A stretch of DNA of 25,896 nt from a virus (taxonomy: Duplodnaviria > Caudoviricetes): the IMG/VR virus record IMGVR_UViG_3300037634_007128, positions 1 to 25,896 of that record, one strand, 5' to 3'. Of the stretch, positions 8,609 to 15,097 are shown piece after piece (positions within the stretch are counted from its first letter, which is position 1; each line of letters begins with the position of its first letter). Position numbers and translations under genes: made by a program. The notes under the pieces are model-generated. The model ran no database searches. It was not told the DNA's origin and saw only the letters and a program-made list of their open reading frames with translations.

Positions 8609-9715
8609 TTAACCTCCGTCGCCGCCGCGTTCGCGGGCAGAAAGATCAGCCGCGAATTTATCGAGTCGTGCGGTGGCCTCATCTATTGCGCCCTGCATCC
8701 TTTCTGCGCGGCGAGAAGATACATTATCTTTCATTGAATCAACCATTGTGCGCACCCCCTGCTTAACACCGCCGAGCATGCTCTGAGTCGTTGAACCCAC
8801 ACCCGCCTCTTCTGCCTGTGTCTGGGCCAGACCCTCAGAAGTCTGCGACGGACCCGGGGAAGCCTCTGCAGAGAGATTCTCCTTTGTGGGCGCGGGGGTG
8901 TTATAAGATAGCGATGGAAGATTTCCGCCAACAGCCCATGTCCGGGCTTGAGATTGCGCAGTTGTGACATTTTGATCGCCGCCAACTCCATATGGAAATT
9001 GCTGCGGTCCAATCCATGTGCCGGGCTTGTTTGCACTATAGCCTATTTTGTGCTGGTGCAACACACCAAAATCAAAAGACACTTCAATCAATTTTGGATA
9101 AATTGTTGCTTGATACTCATCGAAGACGCCAGAATCAAATTGAGGCGTGATTGTTAAGCTTCGAATCACGCCCAATAATCCACCATTCTTTGCGCTGGCG
9201 ACATTTCCTTTGTTTATTTGATGCTTAAATTGGTTCTGATCGGCAATAAAATTACCCAATTTCAATTGAACTAACGGAGGCGAAGTCATTGATGTGGAGT
9301 TCTGAAATGGGTACGTGTAAGCCGGATAAGCAAACTTGGTTAAATAACCAACATTTTCCAAATTTGACATTGCCTCCCACAAAGTGCTGGCCACAACCTG
9401 AAATGCAACTGAAATGGTCCTTGTGGTGCTCTTAAAAGTGTACACTGGGTCATTTCGACCAAACATTTTCTCCTCATTCCAATCAGAGGAATAAGAATCA
9501 GACAGACTCATAATAAATCCATGAAAATTAACTGTCTTTTTCGCATTAAAAGAATAAAAACTTAAAAACAATTGTTTAGATGCGGCATAGCCCATCGCGG
9601 AGTCAGCATAGCCCGTCTCAAAACTTTGATCCATAGAGCTTTGCGGCAAAGTTTCATTGTCTTTCGCAGTACCAACGGCTTGAACCGCGGTGATTCCTCC
9701 TGGAAATATTCCCAT
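8609..9715 (-). CDS. Baseplate tail-tube initiator protein (T4 gp48/gp54 or P2 gpU-like)
   Basis: Lies between the tape measure and LysM genes. Tube-like N-terminal part (SLSDSYSSDWNEEKMFGRNDPVYTFKSTTRTISVAF...PPLVQLKLG). SD AAGGAGG. Confidence 0.65.
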   Translation of the reverse strand: MGIFPGGITAVQAVGTAKDNETLPQSSMDQSFETGYADSAMGYAASKQLFLSFYSFNAKKTVNFHGFIMSLSDSYSSDWNEEKMFGRNDPVYTFKSTTRTISVAFQVVASTLWEAMSNLENVGYLTKFAYPAYTYPFQNSTSMTSPPLVQLKLGNFIADQNQFKHQINKGNVASAKNGGLLGVIRSLTITPQFDSGVFDEYQATIYPKLIEVSFDFGVLHQHKIGYSANKPGTWIGPQQFPYGVGGDQNVTTAQSQARTWAVGGNLPSLSYNTPAPTKENLSAEASPGPSQTSEGLAQTQAEEAGVGSTTQSMLGGVKQGVRTMVDSMKDNVSSRRAERMQGAIDEATARLDKFAADLSARERGGDGG

Positions 9716-9753
9716 GTTGTACTCCTCCTTGTATGTATATTATACGCTATTAA

Positions 9754-9761
9754 TATTTAGT
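9754..9761 (-). promoter_or_regulatory. Putative late promoter ACTAAATA
   Basis: ACTAWWTA copy in the gap after the tape measure gene, 38 nt upstream of ATG 9715. Confidence 0.55.
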
Positions 9762-9775
9762 TATTAAATCAACTT

Positions 9776-12700
9776 TTATGACATTGCATCGACTACAATA
9801 TCTTTTACAGCCTTTCCAACAACCTTCTTGTCGAGCATGACGGTGATCTCGGCCTTAATTGTTTTCTTTCCAAAGCCGCCACCGCCGCCGGCGCCGCCGC
9901 CTCCACCTCCACCTCCGGTAAAGCCCTCAATCAAGCGATGTAATCCACTAGTGGAGGACATTGGGTTGGAGAGGATAACGGCATCATCAAGTAGGGATTG
10001 GAATTTAATAATCTTTTCGTCTGGAATTTCTTCAATGGCCCGGGCGATTTGGGCAATGCCGTCGCTTAGAGAGTTGACAGTTGCGGTCTGCAGTTCGTTG
10101 ATTGTCTCTATTAAGCTAACAACGGCGTCCATAGCATCATAATTAACATCGATATCAATATCAAACTCAAGCTCTCCATCAAGATCGTCGGCCAAATCGG
10201 CCAGATCTTCTATGGAGCCAACAAAGTCTGGCAAACTACCCGTGCTCATCATGCCTAGGCCCATCAACATGTTGCCTAGAGCTTGAAGGTCTGCTGTGCT
10301 AATTGTCTGAAGCGCTAAGCCTATACCACCCAAACCAAGGGCAATGCTTCCAAGTCCTACGCCAGCTAATATTAGGCCTGGGCCGGCCAGACCAAGCTCC
10401 GCAAGGGAAGAGACCAGGGGCGGCAGCTGCTCCATCACGCCCATTATAACTTCGCCTACTGCTCTAATGCCTTCTACTAAGGCGTTAATGATGCCTATAA
10501 CCGTATCACCAATAACTGTGGCCAATTCAATAAGCTTGCTGGCCAGCATTTCAATCCACCCTATTACAGTCTCTATAATGGTTATAACCGAGTCAACAAT
10601 AAAATCAACCAACGGTATAAGAGCGTCATTCACAAGCAAGGCGACAGCTTGCGCCAATATGTTAATTGCATGCGCAGCGATCCACAGTGCTGTAGCTGCA
10701 GCCAACATAACAGCGACGGCTATCCACCCGACCGGGCCTAGGCCTGCAATTGCGCCAATCAATGCAACTAAAACAACACCCATAACAGCCAAAGCTACTA
10801 CAACGCCTATTATTTGCCCAGGAGAAAGTTGCGCGAAGGAATCAGCCATCAGTGCAATGCCGGCTGAGGCTATGTAAATAGCTATACCGACCGAAGCAAC
10901 AACAAGTGCCATAGACAACATTGCTGGAATAAGCTTTGTTACGTTTTTAACAGATTTTTTGCTCATTTTACCGATGGCCCAAATACCTGCAGCAACAATG
11001 AATAAACCAATATACAAAGGCGGGGAATTGCTCTTGGTCAGCATATACCACGCAAGCAGGCCCATGGCTAGCGCTAGTAAACCTATGATAATAAGAGTCC
11101 TCTTACTGGTGCCTTGTACGGCAGTCATGGCGCCACTGAAGAGACCACTGGTGAATGTGCCCAGCTTTGTCTTCTTGATCCATCCCCCGAGGGCCTTGAC
11201 GCCGGCCCAGAGGGTTGGCGCTACCTGTATGGCCTGCATACCGAGGGCCGCGTAAATGAACCAATTGGTTTTTTCAGCTGCATCAGTCATCGCATCCGCA
11301 AACCAGAGGCCGCGTTCTGCGCCGCCCTCGAGCGCGCCGGCGAAGTCTTCCCCGGGGGCGAGCGCTTCTAGGAGTGCATCTCTTACTTCTTCCATAACCT
11401 GAACTTGTGCTTCTTGTACATCGCGCGCGCGAGCAGCTGCCTCCTCTTGTGTCTTCTGCTCCTCAACAATTTGTTTTTGAGTTTTTGCGACAGAATCTCC
11501 CATCATATCATAATTGCCACTCATCATTAAGGCCAATTGGTTGACATCGGAGAGACCCATTGATTCAGCAACAGCTTGTCTTTGATAATATCCCATAGAA
11601 TCAAACGACATACCAGCCTGATCCAGAGAGCCTCGGAGCATGTCAAAACGTTCGGCCGGATTTGTTGCTTCCATCATGTCCATTGCACTAACAAAGTCGC
11701 CACCAAGCATAGCGTTCAACTTGCCAGTCGCTTCGGCGGCGCCTTCAAACGTGTCGAACTGGTCAGTCACCGACAAAATCTCTTCGACCTCCATTCCTGC
11801 AGCTCTTGCGCGCATCTCCAATTCCTTGAAGACTGTGTTCGCCTTGTTTCCAAACTTTCCTAATTGTGGCGTAAGTCTAACGAAATCGGCCATCACGGCT
11901 TTAGGATCGCCCATGGCGCGCCCAAAATCTATCATTGAGGCCGCGGCGTCTTTTGATTCTGTGACGGTCATTCCTTGAACTCTTTGGAAATATTGCATCG
12001 AATTCGCAGTATCGTCTATGGCAACACCCAACTCTTTACCCAGGGCAACTTGACCAACCATGATGCCAATTTGCTCTTCAGACATAGTGTTCAAGTTTGT
12101 AATATTAGATTGAAGTGATGCGCCGGCATCGATGAACTCTTCAGTGGTTATGCCTAAACGCTCCATTTCCGCAGATGTGTTAAAAATGGCTTTACGAAAA
12201 TTATCATTCGTATCTGTCAGCTCGACAACGCGCGCGTTCATATTCATGGCCCATTGGTGGGCCTCTTTTTCTTTATCAACCACCATCGCAAGCCCTTCCG
12301 CGGCCATGTTACCCAGCATGGCGAAGCCGGCGGCCGCTCCCTTCTTCGCACCCTCCATGGTAGTAAGCATGCCTTTCAGTTCGGTGCCAGTATTTTTCAT
12401 TTGCTGTGCCATCTTTTTCTGTGATTTTACTGCGTCCTCAGTCATTCCAATAAAAGAGAAAAGCGAGTCTGTAGTTTTTTCATTTTGTTCCTCCAGCTCT
12501 TCTTGCTTTCTTGTCACCTCTTCAAGCGCTTCGATCATCTGCTCTTGAACATCATAAAGATCTCCGGTGAGAACAATGTCTGATTTAATTGTCTTAAGGC
12601 GATTTTGGTACGCAATATCGAGAGTCACGCCCTTAGCTGTCAGTTCGGATGCAGCTTTAATTAGCGCTTCTTGGTTGGCTAGCAGCTTTTTTTGGTTTTT

Positions 12701-12802
12701 GAACTCTTTCTGCTGTGCTTCGGTAAGAGACTCTACAGATTGGATATACTGCTCTCTTAGTGCGAGTTCTTCTGCTAATTGTTCTGCTGTTTTTTCGGCC
12801 AC
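9776..12802 (-). CDS. Tail tape measure protein (1008 aa)
   Basis: GTG start. Ala/Glu/Met-rich helical N-terminal half, long hydrophobic membrane-like region (~aa 510-830), canonical position between tail chaperones and baseplate genes. Confidence 0.85.
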   Translation of the reverse strand: MAEKTAEQLAEELALREQYIQSVESLTEAQQKEFKNQKKLLANQEALIKAASELTAKGVTLDIAYQNRLKTIKSDIVLTGDLYDVQEQMIEALEEVTRKQEELEEQNEKTTDSLFSFIGMTEDAVKSQKKMAQQMKNTGTELKGMLTTMEGAKKGAAAGFAMLGNMAAEGLAMVVDKEKEAHQWAMNMNARVVELTDTNDNFRKAIFNTSAEMERLGITTEEFIDAGASLQSNITNLNTMSEEQIGIMVGQVALGKELGVAIDDTANSMQYFQRVQGMTVTESKDAAASMIDFGRAMGDPKAVMADFVRLTPQLGKFGNKANTVFKELEMRARAAGMEVEEILSVTDQFDTFEGAAEATGKLNAMLGGDFVSAMDMMEATNPAERFDMLRGSLDQAGMSFDSMGYYQRQAVAESMGLSDVNQLALMMSGNYDMMGDSVAKTQKQIVEEQKTQEEAAARARDVQEAQVQVMEEVRDALLEALAPGEDFAGALEGGAERGLWFADAMTDAAEKTNWFIYAALGMQAIQVAPTLWAGVKALGGWIKKTKLGTFTSGLFSGAMTAVQGTSKRTLIIIGLLALAMGLLAWYMLTKSNSPPLYIGLFIVAAGIWAIGKMSKKSVKNVTKLIPAMLSMALVVASVGIAIYIASAGIALMADSFAQLSPGQIIGVVVALAVMGVVLVALIGAIAGLGPVGWIAVAVMLAAATALWIAAHAINILAQAVALLVNDALIPLVDFIVDSVITIIETVIGWIEMLASKLIELATVIGDTVIGIINALVEGIRAVGEVIMGVMEQLPPLVSSLAELGLAGPGLILAGVGLGSIALGLGGIGLALQTISTADLQALGNMLMGLGMMSTGSLPDFVGSIEDLADLADDLDGELEFDIDIDVNYDAMDAVVSLIETINELQTATVNSLSDGIAQIARAIEEIPDEKIIKFQSLLDDAVILSNPMSSTSGLHRLIEGFTGGGGGGGGAGGGGGFGKKTIKAEITVMLDKKVVGKAVKDIVVDAMS

Positions 12803-12814
12803 TTAAACGATTTC

Positions 12815-13165
12815 CTATTTAAACGGCCATTTAAGACCCGTTGCTTTCGTAAATTTACTAATCGCCCCACTTAACATACCCTTGCTAGCATGTGTTCTTG
12901 GGTCATTAAGACCGTGTTTTTTATATGCCTCAATATATCGCTTTTCTCTTCCAAGCGCTTGGGCAAACGCTTTGATCTCACTTGGGCGGCCGCGAATTTT
13001 TACTGGCATAAAAATGTCTTCACCAAACATTCTTCTCAAAAGAAACTTGGTAACATTTCCAAATATTCTTAAAAAGCTTTCATTCAATTGGTTTTGTCGC
13101 AATTCTTCAAAATCAATTACTATTTCAGCAATTTCATCTTCTTTTAATAGCTGCTCTTCTTGCAT
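12815..13165 (-). CDS. Small hypothetical protein (116 aa), acidic N-terminus and basic C-terminus
   Basis: Start re-called at ATG 13165 (MQEEQLLKE) downstream of SD GAGGGTG; has its own promoter-motif copy. Confidence 0.75.
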   Translation of the reverse strand: MQEEQLLKEDEIAEIVIDFEELRQNQLNESFLRIFGNVTKFLLRRMFGEDIFMPVKIRGRPSEIKAFAQALGREKRYIEAYKKHGLNDPRTHASKGMLSGAISKFTKATGLKWPFK

Positions 13166-13184
13166 AGAAACACCCTCTAACAAA

Positions 13185-13192
13185 TAATTAGT
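13185..13192 (-). promoter_or_regulatory. Putative late promoter ACTAATTA
   Basis: Motif copy 19 nt upstream of ATG 13165, directly after a terminator-like hairpin. Confidence 0.65.
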
Positions 13193-13197
13193 TAATT

Positions 13198-13233
13198 AAA
13201 CAAAATGAGCCAAGACAAATTGTCTAAGCTCAT
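13198..13233 (-). terminator. Probable intrinsic terminator after the tail chaperone genes
   Basis: mRNA ATGAGC-TT-AGACA-ATT-TGTCT-TG-GCTCAT forms an imperfect stem followed by TTTGTTT. Confidence 0.55.
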
Positions 13234-13237
13234 GAGT

Positions 13238-13495
13238 TTATTGTTTACGACCCATCTGCGACCTGACACCTGGGGGCATACTGTTCATTCCATTGCTAGA
13301 AAGCTCATATGTTGATCTTCCGCCGCCCCCGGAAGCCCTTGATGCTTCCTCGGCTTTTTCGTTTTCGCGCCTAAGTTGTTCTGCTAGGCGATCAGTGAAC
13401 CAGTTTCTTAGCCCGACCGGCAAATTGTATGCTTCAATGAAGCTCCATCCGCCAACATACTTCAAATAAAAAAACTGCTCATAGACAGCTTCCAT
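13238..13495 (-). CDS. Tail assembly chaperone C-terminal extension (T-like ORF), possibly reached by frameshift
   Basis: MEAVYEQFFYLKYVGGWSFIEAYNLPVGLRNWFTDRL resembles the W-S-x-x-E-x-x-x-(L/M)-P pattern of second chaperone ORFs. The frame is open through the overlap with the upstream gene, and there is no SD before ATG 13495. Confidence 0.7.
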   Translation of the reverse strand: MEAVYEQFFYLKYVGGWSFIEAYNLPVGLRNWFTDRLAEQLRRENEKAEEASRASGGGGRSTYELSSNGMNSMPPGVRSQMGRKQ

Positions 13496-13499
13496 ATAT

Positions 13500-14393
13500 T
13501 TAGGACTTAGGCCAAAAAAATTCCGTTGTGAACGGAACCTCCAATTGTGACTCGTAGCCACACTCTTCGCATTCAAAATCTCGCATCAGGTTTATTGTTG
13601 GGTTGATTGCTTTGTACGCCTTTCTTAAATATCTTGCATCGGATGCTGGCATGTTGTCAATCAAATACGTGATGGACTGTTTCGAACGATCGCCATTGGC
13701 CGCAAGAATTGTCCATCTAAATTGCTGCGTTGCGTTCTTTTCGCCTTTATTGTTCTTTTTCAGTCGACTGTTCTTCTTCGACTGCTGCGCCTGTTCAACT
13801 ATCTTTGCCTCTTCATTGCCGGTCAAGAGACGAACCTCAACTTGAACTTGCGTTTTTGGAAGGACGATCAAGTATGTGCCGCTCTCGGTGGGAGCAATAT
13901 CATAATCCCCATAATCAGATCCATCATAAACATCAGCATCAAATAGGTCGAAGTCATCAACGTTTTTCTCACCGCATGCAGGACAATCTATCTGAGTCTT
14001 GTACATATTTCCATATCCGCTAATTCTCGCGGAGATGAGCATTGCATTTTTGTCGCCGATCAAAAGATCTTTTAATTTAATTCTTTTGTCAACGATAACA
14101 TTCTGCAGCATTCGATCTAATGCGACACCCTTCTTTAATAAAGTTCTAGATGTTAAAATATCCTCATCTTTTGCCGTCATATGACGAATCTCCACATGCT
14201 CTTGCATATGGAGGGGGTGGTCCTCGGGATAAAAAAGTCCCTTTGACGGTAGTTCAACAAATTCCGTTGGGACTACAAACGATAATGGCGCTACGCCGCC
14301 GGCAGCTGCCTGATCCATTGCGGGAGTAGTTGGGGGCTCTGTTGCTGCTGTATGTCGAGCCCCAACTCTGTCCTCATTATTTCTATGTGGCAA
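13500..14393 (-). CDS. Tail assembly chaperone / baseplate assembly protein (T4 gp26/gp51-like family), 297 aa
   Basis: TTG start after SD GAGGTG. VELPSKG...IRHMTAKDEDIL...GDKNAMLISARISGYG motifs, two CxxC pairs (CPACG, CEECG), located right after the tail tube gene. Confidence 0.75.
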   Translation of the reverse strand: MPHRNNEDRVGARHTAATEPPTTPAMDQAAAGGVAPLSFVVPTEFVELPSKGLFYPEDHPLHMQEHVEIRHMTAKDEDILTSRTLLKKGVALDRMLQNVIVDKRIKLKDLLIGDKNAMLISARISGYGNMYKTQIDCPACGEKNVDDFDLFDADVYDGSDYGDYDIAPTESGTYLIVLPKTQVQVEVRLLTGNEEAKIVEQAQQSKKNSRLKKNNKGEKNATQQFRWTILAANGDRSKQSITYLIDNMPASDARYLRKAYKAINPTINLMRDFECEECGYESQLEVPFTTEFFWPKS

Positions 14394-14439
14394 ATTACAC
14401 CTCTCTGTTTTAAATGCCTATTTTCTCAAAATTTAATTT

Positions 14440-15036
14440 TCAACCACCATTAGTTGCTGGGTCCCAAACTGTCGAGGTACCTTCCAATAGAAGACTGCCG
14501 CCGTCGACGCCTTGAAGGGTCGCCCAATCATAGCGAATTTCCATCTCGATCAAAGTAAAATCTTCACTATCATAATCTAGATCACCGAATTTCAAATCTT
14601 TAATCCAACAGCCTTGCAAAGTCCACGTTTCGAGGGCATTGGCTTGGGAATCGATCTGGGTAATTACAACATCGCCCAACGCGGCGACTGATGCTCCTTT
14701 AGAGATCGTAGTATACTGGTCGACCTTTGCTCCAGATGGAATATTGTATCCTGATGTCTTAATTACATTTGCAAACGATGTTGCGACATCTGGTTCGACT
14801 GGATCTACTAGCGTAATGCTGACAGTGTTCCATTCTACTTTGCCTGGATAATAGAACGTGTGGTTCAAAAATTTGTGAGGCGTTTCAGATACAGTAAAGG
14901 ATGGTTTGGTAACTTTTTTGCAATACCAAATCGAATCTTCGATACCTGTAAATTGTAAATAAAACTTATATGCTCTCTTTGGGTCGCGCGCGCCCTTCTC
15001 ACCGGCGGCGTTGGAATAATCGGTCCAGAATGTCAT
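14440..15036 (-). CDS. gp19: Tail tube protein (T4 gp19-like)
   Basis: YYPGKVEWNTVSITLVDP and WTLQGCWIKDLKFGDLDYDSED...IRYDWA motifs; immediately downstream of the sheath. SD AGGAG. Confidence 0.9.
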   Translation of the reverse strand: MTFWTDYSNAAGEKGARDPKRAYKFYLQFTGIEDSIWYCKKVTKPSFTVSETPHKFLNHTFYYPGKVEWNTVSITLVDPVEPDVATSFANVIKTSGYNIPSGAKVDQYTTISKGASVAALGDVVITQIDSQANALETWTLQGCWIKDLKFGDLDYDSEDFTLIEMEIRYDWATLQGVDGGSLLLEGTSTVWDPATNGG

Positions 15037-15060
15037 TTACTTAATTCTCCTGTTCATAAA

Positions 15061-15068
15061 TATATAGT
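15061..15068 (-). promoter_or_regulatory. Putative late promoter ACTATATA
   Basis: Motif copy in the sheath-tube gap, 24 nt upstream of the tube ATG. Confidence 0.6.
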
Positions 15069-15097
15069 AGCTTGGCTGATTAATGGTTGCTTTAATA

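Noticed and set aside
13496-13576. ORF-track start at 13576 for the T-like ORF, and extended starts at 8682, 13183, 19374 and 21146
   Set aside because: These overlap upstream genes or promoter regions and lack an SD. Downstream SD-led ATGs, or a frameshift for the T-like ORF, fit better.
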